A stretch of 64,000 bases of DNA from Alphaproteobacteria bacterium (GCA_015062285.1 SUUY01000003.1:190528-254527), one strand, 5' to 3'. Positions 22,101 through 32,369 are shown, counted from the stretch's first letter. Notes: generated by a model from the letters alone, not told the origin. A program made the numbers and translations.

Positions 22101-22285
22101 ATAGTTTTGGCAACCACTTCGGCACTGGCACCGGGATATGTAGCAGAAACCACCACTTCCGGAGGAGTAATTTCCGGATAAAGAGCAATCGGCAACGAAA
22201 ATACCGAAATTACACCGGCCAAAGTCAACACGATGGAAATAACCATCGCAAAACGAGGACGTTCAATAAATATTCTTGAAAACAT
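19184..22285 (-). CDS. acrB: RND (HAE1) multidrug efflux permease, AcrB-like
   Basis: 1033 aa protein with 12 TM helices and large periplasmic loops. N-terminus [24 protein letters not shown]. Confidence 0.95.
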   Translation of the reverse strand: MFSRIFIERPRFAMVISIVLTLAGVISVFSLPIALYPEITPPEVVVSATYPGASAEVVAKTIGIPLEEEVNGVEDMLYMSSSSEDSKYQLTITFKVGVDRDMAQVKVQNRIQQAQSKLPTEVTRQGLTVRSRSSNILGFITVGSPKGTHSPLELADYVQNNVKNNLARVYGVGEVNVYSSKLSMRVWLDADKITALNIPLEMVKSAIESQNYQPSLGSVGAMPGDGHQQMVYTLQTQGRINEVEDFKNIIIRTAEQGGLVYLKDIARVEIGEESYRATSKFNNAPNVAIAINQLSGANALDAMAAVKAEMEKLSKSFPDDMTYIIGYDSTEYIESSIEEVVLTLVLTFVLVVLVCYIFLQDWRATLVPSLTIPVSLFATFAVMMALGYTMNILTLFGLVLAIGLVVDDAIVVVERVLYLMETEDLNPKTATIRAMEEVSGAVIATTLVLLAIFVPVGFMGGITGKIYQQFAITISTSVSFSSLNALTLSPALCATILRPLKPAQRGPLFWFNNLVNKSRDTYAGIVAIIARKISVIALLFALVVAAVYGFLKISQTSFIPNEDQGVIMVNIQLPEGASRERTQKFIDEIYPLIKEEKGVESVMIVVGVSLIGGSGENVALGFIALSPWSERKDKELYSTNIMNRIMAKVSGKPQAQVNLFEPPAIMGLGMSGGMDYRLLSTKTDNPQELEAALQNVLMLINQAPEVNYAYTTYTAQTPNIYIDIDRQKAEAMGVSVGSIFSVLQNYLGSSYVNDVNFGTQVNKVMIQADWKYRKDIDSINKLYVQNKNGEMVPLGSVIKLRKVLSPRVVTRYNQYPSASITAVQNSSVSTGQAMNAMEKLSEKLPKGFTYDWSSVSYQEKASGGQIGYLLALAITFGYLFLVAQYESWITPLPVLTSVSVAMLGALAGLFITGLPLSIYAQLGLILLVGLAAKNAILIVEFAKEDYLRCGNIVRAAIVGTKERFRAVLMTAFTFILGVLPMIVATGAGAASRIAIGVPVFYGMLLGTAAGLIVIPLLYVLFETLAQRFSKNND

Positions 22286-22288
22286 AGA

Positions 22289-23455
22289 CTATTTAACCTC
22301 CGTAGAACCGGCAACAACAAGCTGTGGCTTAACCTTTTGTCCTTCACGAACTTTTTGCAGTCCTTGAACAATGACCTTATCTTCTTTTTTCAGTCCGCTT
22401 AAAACAACTTGCTTATCTTCTATAATCTCACCCAAAGTTACACGTTTTTGTTCTGCAATATCTTTGTCGTTAACAACCATTACATAATTTCCGTGCTTAT
22501 CTTGCGACAATGCAGCTTGCGGAACCAGTAAAGCCATCTTATCTTCCTTATCACCAATGCGAATATCAACATAATTACCCGGAATCAACAATCCTTTGTC
22601 ATTGTTATATTCTGCATATACGGCAATAGTTGCGGTTTCAGAATTAACTTCATTATCTGTAAAGCGAGATCTAAGGTTATTTTCCAAAATATATCCGTTA
22701 GAAAGTACCAACTCAGTTTTGAGTTTACCGCCTTTATCGCCATAAATCTGACGCATATTAAGCATATCTTTATCCGTTACGGAAAAAGCTACACGGATCG
22801 GATTTGTTTGCACAATACGAGCCAATGTTTGCAAAGTAGAAGCTACATAGTTTCCTTCCGTAACCAAAGCCTTACCTATTTGTCCGCTGATCGGAGCCTT
22901 AATTTCGGTATATCCCAAATCAATTTTTGCCAAATCTAAGTTTGCTTCAGCTTGAGCAACCGCAGCTTTTGCTTGCAAATATGCACTTTCGGCATTATCA
23001 AGAGTCGCTTTTGATGCATAGTTTTGCTTACTAAGAGATGATTGACGCTTATAATCTCTTTCTGCTCTAACCAAATTTGCCTTTGCACTGGCGAGCTCGG
23101 CCTCACGCAAAGAAACCATAGCAATATATCTTTCCTGTTCAATCACAAACAGTATATCACCTTCGTTTACATATGTACCTTCTTCAAACAAAACTTTTTC
23201 AACATATCCGGTTATTTGCGGCTTAAGATTAACACTTTTAATCGGCTCCACATGTCCGATATATGTTTTTTTTGGAGCAATATTCTTAACTTCTGAGTGC
23301 TGAACCAAAACCGAAGGTTCTCCCATACCCATCATTCCCATAGACGGAGGTGGAGGAGTAAGTCTTCCCTTAAGAAACCAGCCAAAACCGACACAAAGGC
23401 CCAAAACAACCACTTGTCTGATAATTACACGTTTTTGTATTGTTCCAACACGCAT
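22289..23455 (-). CDS. acrA: RND efflux membrane-fusion (periplasmic adaptor) protein, AcrA-like
   Basis: 388 aa protein with a TM or lipid anchor, a coiled-coil hairpin (…AKANLVRAERDYKRQ…AQAEANLDLAKIDLGYT…) and beta-barrel/MP domains. It ends 3 nt before acrB. Confidence 0.85.
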   Translation of the reverse strand: MRVGTIQKRVIIRQVVVLGLCVGFGWFLKGRLTPPPPSMGMMGMGEPSVLVQHSEVKNIAPKKTYIGHVEPIKSVNLKPQITGYVEKVLFEEGTYVNEGDILFVIEQERYIAMVSLREAELASAKANLVRAERDYKRQSSLSKQNYASKATLDNAESAYLQAKAAVAQAEANLDLAKIDLGYTEIKAPISGQIGKALVTEGNYVASTLQTLARIVQTNPIRVAFSVTDKDMLNMRQIYGDKGGKLKTELVLSNGYILENNLRSRFTDNEVNSETATIAVYAEYNNDKGLLIPGNYVDIRIGDKEDKMALLVPQAALSQDKHGNYVMVVNDKDIAEQKRVTLGEIIEDKQVVLSGLKKEDKVIVQGLQKVREGQKVKPQLVVAGSTEVK

Positions 23456-23456
23456 T

Positions 23457-24071
23457 TTATTTATTCTCCATTTTTATACCATCAATAATCAAATCAAATC
23501 CTTGCAAAAATGTTGCTGTCAAACTCATAGGATAACGTTTTGATATATATGAATCTACACACCCTCTAAACATGCAAGAAATTAAAATTGTCAGATTTTC
23601 TATATTTACGCTATGAGGTATTTCTCCATTTTTTTGCACAAGAGTCAATCTTTCTTTCAATTTAATCCAAGGAAGATCCACAATATCGCTCAGCTGTTTC
23701 CATACTCTGTCTGCAACTCCCTCCGACCATTCCATGTGAAAAATCACAAACAACAAAAACTGACAAAATTCCGGATCGTTTTCAATTATTTTTGTAGCAC
23801 GCACAAAATAATCTCTAATATCCTGCAATGAATTTACCTGAGCTATTTCCACTTTTTCTTTTTGCATCGTAAACTTTTGACGCATGAGCTCTGCCAACAA
23901 ATCAGCTTTATTTCTAAAATGCCAATACACGGCACCTTTGGTAAGATTAATCCGTTTTGCCACTTCGTCAAATGTAGTTCTGGTATACCCTTTTTCATAA
24001 AAAAGAGATAGTGCAGAGTCTAAAATCGCTTGTTTTGTCTGTTCTGCTTCTTCTTTAGTTCTTCTTGCCAT
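23457..24071 (-). CDS. TetR/AcrR family transcriptional repressor
   Basis: HTH LFYEKGYTRTTFDEVAKRINLTKGAVYWHFRNKADLL. Its stop abuts the acrA start, giving a TetR-acrA-acrB operon. Confidence 0.85.
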   Translation of the reverse strand: MARRTKEEAEQTKQAILDSALSLFYEKGYTRTTFDEVAKRINLTKGAVYWHFRNKADLLAELMRQKFTMQKEKVEIAQVNSLQDIRDYFVRATKIIENDPEFCQFLLFVIFHMEWSEGVADRVWKQLSDIVDLPWIKLKERLTLVQKNGEIPHSVNIENLTILISCMFRGCVDSYISKRYPMSLTATFLQGFDLIIDGIKMENK

Positions 24072-24174
24072 AGATTCGTTCCAATATACATACTAACCAT
24101 ACAGTATGTATGCCAAAATAAATATTTATGCAAATCAAAAAAAAATTATTTTTAAAAATTGGTATGTATAATTT

Positions 24175-25056
24175 TTACCCTACTTCTACACCCCAAATTG
24201 TCTTGGCAATCCAACCTATTATAAACGATACCAACGCCACCGAAAGGCTTATTGTTGCCATTTCAATAAACTTAGGCCAAAACTTTTCTGATTTTACCAC
24301 CGCAATATAATAGTTGAAAATAAATACCAAAAAGACAACGATACCAATCATACAAACAAGTGCCGGCACAAACATATCATCGGCAAACAACAAATAAGGC
24401 AACACAAGAAATACAACCGTTACCAAATATGCAATTCCGGTATAAAAACTGGCTTTCAAAGCATTGGGGTTTCCGTCTGCCCTTTCTGCCAAATAATTTG
24501 ATGCGGCCATCGACAAGGTTGCAGCAATACCGGTAATAACACCGGCCATTGCCGTTAAGGTTGTATTCATTAGCACAAAAGTCATGCCGGCGATAGTACC
24601 TGTTAATTCAACCAAAGCATCATTCAGCCCCAAAACCATTGCCCCAACATAATTAAGCCTCTCCTCATCAAGCATATCAATCAGCTCTTTCTCATGTTTT
24701 AGTTCATCAGCAATAATATCTTTCACCTCTGGAATTTCTTTTTCCAACTGTTTTAGAGCAGAAACACCTTCATATTCATGTAGTTCCAAAAGTTTAATTA
24801 CAAATGTATAGCCCAACAAAAACATACAAACTTGATACCACCAAACCTTAAACATATTCGGCTTCATATCTTGTTTGGTATATTGCTTCCAAACCGCAGC
24901 ATGATTTGCCTCATCATGAGAAATCTGTTGCAATATTTTTTGCTCTTTCTTATCTTTAACCTTGCGAGCAAAATGAGCATAAATCAAAGCACTTGTTGCC
25001 TCGTCTTTCTGAAAATCGAGCATTAAATTTTGTGATGTTTTTGAATGTGCAGACAT
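24175..25056 (-). CDS. mbfA: Membrane-bound ferritin-like / VIT1-CCC1 family iron exporter (MbfA-like)
   Basis: An N-terminal erythrin/ferritin-like domain (…HDEANHAAVWKQY…ADELKHEKEL…) is followed by the C-terminal CCC1/VIT TM domain (YVGAMVLGLNDALVELTGTIAGM). Confidence 0.75.
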   Translation of the reverse strand: MSAHSKTSQNLMLDFQKDEATSALIYAHFARKVKDKKEQKILQQISHDEANHAAVWKQYTKQDMKPNMFKVWWYQVCMFLLGYTFVIKLLELHEYEGVSALKQLEKEIPEVKDIIADELKHEKELIDMLDEERLNYVGAMVLGLNDALVELTGTIAGMTFVLMNTTLTAMAGVITGIAATLSMAASNYLAERADGNPNALKASFYTGIAYLVTVVFLVLPYLLFADDMFVPALVCMIGIVVFLVFIFNYYIAVVKSEKFWPKFIEMATISLSVALVSFIIGWIAKTIWGVEVG

Positions 25057-25176
25057 TTGAATCTCCCTATTTTTTGCTTATACCATTAATACACATCAAA
25101 CCTTTTCATATGTCAACACAATCAAAAATTTCCCACAAAAAAACGTCTTTCTCTCACGGGAAAGACGTTTTAATGA

Positions 25177-26160
25177 TTACTTATCAAGCATTTTCTCTCG
25201 CCACCATTCCTCTGTGGTCAATAGAATCCATGCCTTATCTGTCAAGTATCCATTTTCTTTTAGATACTTGACATAAGAGAGAATCGCTTCTCTCTTTTTT
25301 TCATCTCTCATATATTCCAACAGGAGATCCTCATGAAGAGAATATCCTTTCGAGCAATAGGCCTTTAGCTGCCATTTGCTCATTGCCTTTTGTGCCTCAT
25401 ATGAGATGGTGTTTTTAGCTTTCAACCAAGACAGCCAGTTAATCTCTGAAGCACTTGAAAGCTGCTCCACCTCCTTTACCTCTCGGTAAATAGCAAGCGC
25501 TTGTTGCACTTCAAAAGCAATTGAGGAATATGCACCATCTTTGGTACACTCCAAAGCGAGATCGCTCGGAAGGCCACATCTTTTAATGTAGGCATAAATT
25601 TGTTTTTTGGCAGAATTTGGCACTCTTTCATCTCCCAAAGCATCAAGCAGACGTTTCTGCTTAATTTTTGATGGAGTGTTCTTTGTGAGGTGCGTCGATA
25701 TTATACTAATGTTTTTAGTATATAGCATCTCTTCAAACTCCTCTGCTGAAAGTTTCATCTCACAAAGTTTTTCTTTGTCTTTATTTGATCGTTTCCATAC
25801 GATCTTTCTTACCTTTGAAGACAAGTATTGTGCCGTATGCCAGCCTTCGTCAAAAGCCTTGACTTCATCTTTTTTGTAGTAGAAGAAGCCGATCTTTTTC
25901 GAAACCTCTTGCCTAACTTTCCACGGCAGCAGATAGCCGAGAACAAAGACATTTATCACAAAAAACATGGTGACAAACCACCATACTGGCTTGGTCTTAT
26001 TCGCATCTTCATCCATCATGCCAACTGCTGATGTTGGCGATATCAATGCCCAAACCACCCATACCACCGGATTGTAGATGATCGTTGCAACTAACATTGC
26101 AACTAATGCCTTTCCAATTTTCTTTGCACACTCAAGTGCCTTGTTAACTCTCTGTCCCAT
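25177..26160 (-). CDS. Hypothetical membrane protein: 2-3 N-terminal TM helices and a roughly 230 aa cytoplasmic domain
   Basis: 327 aa ORF with no recognisable motifs. It lies downstream of the RelA/SpoT-like gene and is separated from it by a terminator. Confidence 0.45.
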   Translation of the reverse strand: MGQRVNKALECAKKIGKALVAMLVATIIYNPVVWVVWALISPTSAVGMMDEDANKTKPVWWFVTMFFVINVFVLGYLLPWKVRQEVSKKIGFFYYKKDEVKAFDEGWHTAQYLSSKVRKIVWKRSNKDKEKLCEMKLSAEEFEEMLYTKNISIISTHLTKNTPSKIKQKRLLDALGDERVPNSAKKQIYAYIKRCGLPSDLALECTKDGAYSSIAFEVQQALAIYREVKEVEQLSSASEINWLSWLKAKNTISYEAQKAMSKWQLKAYCSKGYSLHEDLLLEYMRDEKKREAILSYVKYLKENGYLTDKAWILLTTEEWWREKMLDK

Positions 26161-26411
26161 AATTCAATTTTTTTAGGGATTAATGTTCCACGGTTTCGAT
26201 GAAACGATTTTTTACTATTTATCTTGAAAACCTTATGGCAGCACCATACAAGATAAAGGCATTTACCGAATTTCCATGTTCAGCACTATTGTTGAGCAAA
26301 ATTTGGAGCAGGACTCTACTCTTTCAATCAACGTAATACATAATAACAGACATATTCTTAAATAACCGATTGTCATTATACTATATTTTGTCATTTATGT
26401 CAACACACATA

Positions 26412-26442
26412 ATAAAAAACCTTCTTTTCAGAAGGTTTTTTA
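26412..26442. terminator. Bidirectional rho-independent terminator
   Basis: Sequence aaaaaaCCTTCTtttcAGAAGGtttttt. Confidence 0.75.
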
Positions 26443-26458
26443 TAAACAACTGTTAATT

Positions 26459-27868
26459 TTATCTTGTTCCTTGCTTGTTATATCGTATTTTATTTGTTCG
26501 GATATCAACCAAATATTTTTTGTCTATATCCTTAGAATATCTTTTATATATATCTTTTGCCCACGCCGGAGAATTATCAAATGTTTCATCGGTCAACGCC
26601 ATAGAAGAACGCACCAACAAACATTTATCAGCCAATTCTCGGCATAAAGCATATGTACCGTCTTTTTCCGGTTTTATACCCAATGCTTTCAACCTATCTT
26701 CTGCTTTTCGCATATCTTGCATTACACTAAGATTATATAATTCAAAGCCATTAGCATTTATTTTTTGCATACTTAGAAGTTGTTTATAAATTTTAGCATT
26801 AAGAACTTGTCTGTCTCCTTCTGTTTTGGCATTATAAAACATTTCTTGCAACTTTCGAGTAATTTCATATTCTGGGTGTGTTAAAGTATCTGCCTTAAAA
26901 AACTGAATTTCGGTTTTATATTGCATTTCACAAAAAAACCTTTTCCCGCCCAAACCATAGATATGCAAATAGTTTTTCATGTCTCTATAATTTTTGCTAT
27001 TCTTAAAAAACTCCTGTGCTCTTTTTACATCATTATCCAAATATTTGCTCGGTCTTGAGCTTTTGGTAACCCTACCCTCAGCAATACTTCGAGTATATAA
27101 AGCCAAAATATCATCAAATCTTGGAGCCAACAGCGTACAACGAAAAACATCTTTCAATTTTTCAATCGGTTTTCTAAGCTTAGGTTTATCAAGGCCGGCT
27201 TCTTCAATAGTCTGCCCCGGCTTCAACTTAGCTAACTCTTTTTGCCTTTCTAAATCGTATTTTCCGCCAATCTTAACCTTATCTATTGTTCTTATGACAT
27301 CTTTCATCATCGGCACAATGATTCTAACTGTAATTTTTTCTTCTTTGCCATCAGGAATTTTATTTTCCACACGCCAAGGAGCCGGAATTTCATATTCAAG
27401 AATCATTGTCGTATCAGGACCGATATGCTCATCAAAATATGGAGTTTCATGATCTATAGTGCCATCTAACAAGTTTATATATTTTATGGCTTTAGGCTCA
27501 CACCCCATAAACTCATTTAAGCTCTTTTTTACTCCCTCATACAATTCTTCGCTATTACCAAAATAATCACATAAGGTTTCATAAGTTTCTTTATCTATTA
27601 TACCTTTATCATAATATTTCTTTAAGATTTTCAAATTTTCCAAATCTTTTTTACGATATTTGCGCCTGATTTCTTCTTTACTAAGATTAAGTTGCGGACG
27701 ACCATATCCGGAAACAACATCTTCCGAAGCATTATTAATTAGTTCAAGCCTATTATCCACCGTATCCAAAGGTATTTTAATATCTTCAATATCTAAAACC
27801 AAGGGAACAGAGTTTGGATCGCTATATTCTTCTAATTTTTTATCATTTTTCATTATTATTAAGTCCAA
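26459..27868 (-). CDS. RelA/SpoT-homologue (RSH) synthetase-fold nucleotidyltransferase with a novel roughly 230 aa N-terminal region; candidate small alarmone synthetase or toxSAS-like protein
   Basis: The C-terminal half carries ordered RSH synthetase motifs: KPKLRKPIEKLKDVFRCTLLAPRFDDI (compare DIAGIRI..FvdDI), YRDMKNYLHIYGL (compare GYRSLHLvv), EMQYKTEIQF (compare EIQIRT) and HPEYE (compare H..YK). Confidence 0.5.
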   Translation of the reverse strand: MDLIIMKNDKKLEEYSDPNSVPLVLDIEDIKIPLDTVDNRLELINNASEDVVSGYGRPQLNLSKEEIRRKYRKKDLENLKILKKYYDKGIIDKETYETLCDYFGNSEELYEGVKKSLNEFMGCEPKAIKYINLLDGTIDHETPYFDEHIGPDTTMILEYEIPAPWRVENKIPDGKEEKITVRIIVPMMKDVIRTIDKVKIGGKYDLERQKELAKLKPGQTIEEAGLDKPKLRKPIEKLKDVFRCTLLAPRFDDILALYTRSIAEGRVTKSSRPSKYLDNDVKRAQEFFKNSKNYRDMKNYLHIYGLGGKRFFCEMQYKTEIQFFKADTLTHPEYEITRKLQEMFYNAKTEGDRQVLNAKIYKQLLSMQKINANGFELYNLSVMQDMRKAEDRLKALGIKPEKDGTYALCRELADKCLLVRSSMALTDETFDNSPAWAKDIYKRYSKDIDKKYLVDIRTNKIRYNKQGTR

Positions 27869-27980
27869 TCAATACAATCTCATATTACCATACCACATAT
27901 TATATTGTAAAACAAGTAATTATTGACTGCCCTTAGTTGTTATGCTAGATATATGTTCTTACTTTAGCCATAAGGATCAT

Positions 27981-28499
27981 ATCATGAGTATTTCTAACAC
28001 ATTACAACAAATCAACAATGATGTTTGTTTTCAAACTGATGATAATCAACGTTTTCGCCTAAGAGCAGCTGCAATCATAATCGAAAATGATTGTGTGCTG
28101 TTTGCCACCAACAAAATGGAAAACTATTATTACTCTATCGGTGGTGCAATAGAAATCGGAGAAACCGCCGAACAAGCTGTTTTACGAGAAGTTTTTGAAG
28201 AAACCGGAATCCCATATGAGATAGATCGCCTTGCCTATATTCAAGAAAACTTTTTCAAAAGAAACGATGGTATGCTGAAAGATCTCTCTTGCCATGAAAT
28301 TACCTTTTATTTTCTGATGAAATCTCGCGGTTCACAAGAGCTGAACTCTCACAGCAAAACCCTAAACAACACCATAGATGAACAAATGGCTTGGTTACCA
28401 ATCAAAGATTTAGAAAAATTTGAAGCCTATCCGGCATTTTTTGCTCAAAAACTAAAAGAGCTAAAACCCTATGTTGAACACATTGTAACATTTCAATAA
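27981..28499 (+). CDS. Nudix hydrolase
   Basis: Nudix box GGAIEIGETAEQAVLREVFEETGI (GX5EX7REUXEEXGU). AAGGA SD upstream. It is transcribed divergently from the RSH-like gene. Confidence 0.85.
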   Translation: MMSISNTLQQINNDVCFQTDDNQRFRLRAAAIIIENDCVLFATNKMENYYYSIGGAIEIGETAEQAVLREVFEETGIPYEIDRLAYIQENFFKRNDGMLKDLSCHEITFYFLMKSRGSQELNSHSKTLNNTIDEQMAWLPIKDLEKFEAYPAFFAQKLKELKPYVEHIVTFQ

Positions 28500-28509
28500 A
28501 AAATATATA

Positions 28510-28573
28510 AAAAAACTCCCGCACAATGAACTATACCCTAAAATCTGGACAATTCATAAAGCGGGAGTTTTTA
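28510..28573. terminator. Long bidirectional terminator hairpin with a nested inner stem
   Basis: Sequence aaaaaACTCCCGC…(ATGAA…TTCAT)…GCGGGAGTttttt. It is flanked by A-runs and T-runs on both sides. Confidence 0.6.
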
Positions 28574-28672
28574 ATTAAGTCTAAATTTTAAACAAGGTAT
28601 CGGATGCTCCTTTAAGCTTACCTTGCATTTATATATGCAAGTTTATCAACAAGTTACCTCCAAAAATTCACA

Positions 28673-30658
28673 TCAAAAGCTAACTTTTATACCCAGATTA
28701 CCTTCTATTGGAATATTAATATCATCACCGATCATACTACCCACATTGGCAAACAAACTGGCCTTGTTATTTATATTCCAATTTGTTCCTAATCCTAATT
28801 TCACAAATGTACCGTTCAATTTTTCTTCAAAAGTAAAATCTGCTACTTTAATTTTGCTTTTTGCATCAAATTCTTGTACCAAATCTATTGATGCAAAAAT
28901 CTGTCCTTGTTTTTGCCATTGTTTGCCAAACTTCACTCCTATTTTTCCCATAACTGAATCCAAACCCTCTCCTTTTACTTTGGTGTTTAGTGATGTTTTA
29001 TAAGCAACATTGCCTATATTCATATATGAAATTTGAAAATGCGGTTCCATAAAATATTCTTTATCAAACATAAATCTATGTCCCAATTCTGCTGATATAC
29101 TATAAGCTTTCAAATCATATTTTGAATTTACCAATATTCCTGATGGAATATGACTTTTATTTTTCTGTTTATGCCAATAATAACCAGCCACAAAATCGGC
29201 ATATGTATTATTATAAGATAACAACGTTGAATATATCGATGCCGAATAACTATCCCCATATCCTCTACCTCTGATATCAAAATTATATTTATTATCGGCA
29301 TACCCCACAGCCAACCCCAAGCCGATATTTTTAAGATATTTCGCCTTAAATGAGAGATCTGCACCAATTTGCAAACCATAAGCATCAACTTTTGTTTTGC
29401 TGTTATCATTAAGATTAAACTTAGTTCTGCGTCCTAAATTTTTAATCCATAATCCGTTTGATATACCATGCCTGAATTCTTCTGTTCTGACATATATATT
29501 GTCTATATGGCTATACAATACGCTACCCATTGTAGCATAAGTATTTTTAGCAATCAGGGCTGTATCTGTCGGACGCAATGTTTGTTGTAAAAACCATCTG
29601 GTTGTGTCTTCTTGCAAAACATATTTTCTCGCTCCAATATCAAGCTCCCCACCAATCAGATAAAAAGTCTCCTGATTATTGTTGTTTTTATCCAATAAGG
29701 TAATTTGTTCCGAAATTTCTTCTTTTGAACTTGTATCAACAATTGCCAATCCGAAATTTCCTGCCCCTTGTTCTATTGTTAAAACTTCACTATCATTATT
29801 TGCAAAGTTAGTTTGTATATTTATTTGTCCTACACCTTGCAGTTTTTTTATCTCCAACTTGGTCGGAATATTATTAATCGGCGTCAGCTCAACCACACTA
29901 TCATTCAAATATAAATTATCAACTTGATTATTGCCGACAATATATAATTTGCTTTGAGACAAATATAAATCTCCATGTAAATTTGCCTCACTTTTTGCAA
30001 CTATACTTCCTCCTTCCAGAAAAATATTATTATTATCTCCTGATAGTAGTGTAATTTTTGTATCAAAAAAATTCACATCTGAAACAGTTGCTCCATTATT
30101 TATTAATGCTCCTCGATTGACATCAAAATTTTCAAATTTGCTGTTTTCTAATATAATATTAGTATCATTAAATGACGCACCATTAACAATCGCATTATCT
30201 TTCAACCGAACACTTCCGCCTGTTGCCGTTAGCCCGTTTAATATTACACTCTGGTTAAGTATTAATTCTCCGCCTTTTATAGTAATATTATTTGCTGTCC
30301 CTTTTTCTAAATTTATTATCCCGTTTTCAAGTGTTGCATCGGTTATCGTACCACCATATCCGTTAATACTGCCACCAAACACCGAAGAATTTAATGCTTT
30401 TCCGCCATCATATACATTCTGCTGCCCTGTATTCACAATATTATTAAAATATGCCGTACCATAATCATAAATATTTTGAGTTCCTTCTATAATATATCGA
30501 TTAACAACGCCATGAACATTTTGAATGTCTTGCTCATTCAATATTCCTCCATTCACAACATCTGTGCCGACAACTTCATATGTTGTGGCACCGGAAATTT
30601 TAGAAATTAAAAGCAAACACAAAACAACAATGATCTTACGCATAAAACTATCCCTCAT
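28673..30658 (-). CDS. Autotransporter (type Va) outer-membrane protein, Sca-like. It has a beta-helical N/G-rich passenger and a C-terminal beta-barrel.
   Basis: Signal peptide MRKIIVVLCLLLISKISGA, with a probable start at the second Met at 30643. The passenger is a repetitive N/G/I-rich beta-solenoid. The barrel has alternating aromatic residues and ends …NLGIKVSF. This gene is very AT-rich (about 25% GC). Confidence 0.8.
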   Translation of the reverse strand: MRDSFMRKIIVVLCLLLISKISGATTYEVVGTDVVNGGILNEQDIQNVHGVVNRYIIEGTQNIYDYGTAYFNNIVNTGQQNVYDGGKALNSSVFGGSINGYGGTITDATLENGIINLEKGTANNITIKGGELILNQSVILNGLTATGGSVRLKDNAIVNGASFNDTNIILENSKFENFDVNRGALINNGATVSDVNFFDTKITLLSGDNNNIFLEGGSIVAKSEANLHGDLYLSQSKLYIVGNNQVDNLYLNDSVVELTPINNIPTKLEIKKLQGVGQINIQTNFANNDSEVLTIEQGAGNFGLAIVDTSSKEEISEQITLLDKNNNNQETFYLIGGELDIGARKYVLQEDTTRWFLQQTLRPTDTALIAKNTYATMGSVLYSHIDNIYVRTEEFRHGISNGLWIKNLGRRTKFNLNDNSKTKVDAYGLQIGADLSFKAKYLKNIGLGLAVGYADNKYNFDIRGRGYGDSYSASIYSTLLSYNNTYADFVAGYYWHKQKNKSHIPSGILVNSKYDLKAYSISAELGHRFMFDKEYFMEPHFQISYMNIGNVAYKTSLNTKVKGEGLDSVMGKIGVKFGKQWQKQGQIFASIDLVQEFDAKSKIKVADFTFEEKLNGTFVKLGLGTNWNINNKASLFANVGSMIGDDINIPIEGNLGIKVSF

Positions 30659-30706
30659 TTTATGCTTATATAAGAGCTTTATAAAAAAATTAAATATTGC
30701 CGGATG

Positions 30707-31581
30707 TTATTTATGTTTATCTCGTACAATTAACTTATACAAATATTCAACTTCTTCTTGTGAACCTACTACTCGTGCATTTTTAAATTTCAGATCGTCT
30801 GTAAAATCTTCAAGATCAAGCTTAGTCAAATATTTTTTATTTGTAAAATCATATTGTTTATATCCTAGAGCATCAAATATACACCAAGCTCCTGCCATAT
30901 CCCACAGCCAATCCTTAAACATACCAGAACGAATTCTACCGGTAGCAATTAACAAATAAGATAATGCCGAGCATAAATAATCTACAAATAAATATCCTTT
31001 TATATTTTTTGTATTATCCATTTCAAAATGTTGTTGCAAATCTACAATCAATTTAGAAGTTGTTGTATAATCTTTTTGCAATAAAATTTCATGCTCTTTG
31101 TTGCTAAATGCTTTTTTTCGCCAAAATACTTGTTTATGTTCATCACAAAAAACAAGCTCCTCTAAAACCGACAAATAAATTGCTCCAAGATAAGGTTCTT
31201 TATTCTTAAACACTCCGACTGATATCCCATAAAAAGGAATATTTTGACTATAATGTAGTGTTCCATCCAAAGGATCTATCACAAACAAATATTCAGTATT
31301 TTTAATATCATCAAAAATACTCTTGCCATATTTAGCAAAATTTTTTTCGTCAACAATGCAATAATCTAATTCAGCAAAATTTTTTCTACAAATTTCCTAA
31401 ACAATGCACTAACTGCTAAATCTGCTTCTGTTACCATTGATACCGGTGAGTTATTTCCAACTTCTGGCATCAGATAATGATCTTTATAACCGATATAAAG
31501 CCCTTTTTCTTTGCGAATATCTATTTGTAATTTTCCGGCTTGTTTCATAAAATCTAATATTCTTTTAATCATAGCTAACAT
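30707..31581 (-). pseudogene. Inositol monophosphatase family (SuhB/CysQ-like) gene disrupted by a frameshift
   Basis: The ORF 31366..31581 encodes the IMPase N-terminus (…VTEADLAVSALFRKFVEKI). After a 1 nt frame change in an A/T homopolymer near 31375-31383, the other frame continues FAELDYCIVDEKNFAKYGKSIFDDIKNTEYLFVIDPLDGT…WDMAGAW (DPxDGT and WDxAAG motifs) into the ORF 30707..31288. Confidence 0.7.
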
Positions 31582-31753
31582 TCTCTTAATTATTAATAAT
31601 AGCTAATCATACACATTATTATCTTAAATTTGTATAAATTGATAATAAAAAAAAGCCTTAGCTTTTGCTAAGGCTACTAATAAGGATCGTACGGATCATA
31701 AGTATTGCTCTCATTTTTTTTTGAAAACAAGTTTCTTATGCCAATAAGCAAAT

Positions 31754-32164
31754 CTAAAAATATCTTTCAGAAACCGCAAATATGAGCAAAATAACTATGA
31801 GTATTGCCCCTACCATAAGAATATACGGCATGGAAGATTTTGTGATATTTTCAACCCGTCCTTCCGGGCCATTTTTCACAATTCTCATAGCAATAAAGCC
31901 CATTTTTCCCATATCCTTATGAATGGTTTTTTCCAATCCTCTGCGAATCTCCCTTGGGGAACAACCGTCATTAAGAAGAACTCTTGTCTTCTCTTTTAAC
32001 GCGGATAGTTCCGATTGCTCCAGTGCAGAACCGCTACTACGGACATAAATTTCATACGAAATTTCTCCTCCGTCAGATATTCGTGCATTAAATGAACTTG
32101 TTGCACACGAGGAAAGCATGACGACTGCTACAGCCACCATGATAAGGTTTATAATTTTTCTCAT
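31754..32164 (-). CDS. Lipoprotein with a C-terminal TM anchor, function unknown
   Basis: Signal plus lipobox MVAVAVVMLSSCAT and a C-terminal hydrophobic helix PYILMVGAILIVILLIFAV. Confidence 0.5.
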   Translation of the reverse strand: MRKIINLIMVAVAVVMLSSCATSSFNARISDGGEISYEIYVRSSGSALEQSELSALKEKTRVLLNDGCSPREIRRGLEKTIHKDMGKMGFIAMRIVKNGPEGRVENITKSSMPYILMVGAILIVILLIFAVSERYF

Positions 32165-32369
32165 TTTATTGGTGTTTTAAATAAATATTAATTATAATAA
32201 ATTGTTGACATACTACCACAATTATACCTCCATGTCAACATCAAATAGCCAAAAATATCGACAAAATTAAAATTTTACACAAAAAAAACACTCTACACCG
32301 AGTAAATATCTTGACAAAATTTCCCCAATATGGCACATTCAAGAAGCAAAACATTAAAAATAAACTATT

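Noticed and set aside
28624-28640. Short palindrome tgcatttatatatgca downstream of the autotransporter
   Set aside because: It lies beyond the 3' end of both flanking genes, next to a real terminator. A short AT palindrome like this is expected by chance in AT-rich DNA.
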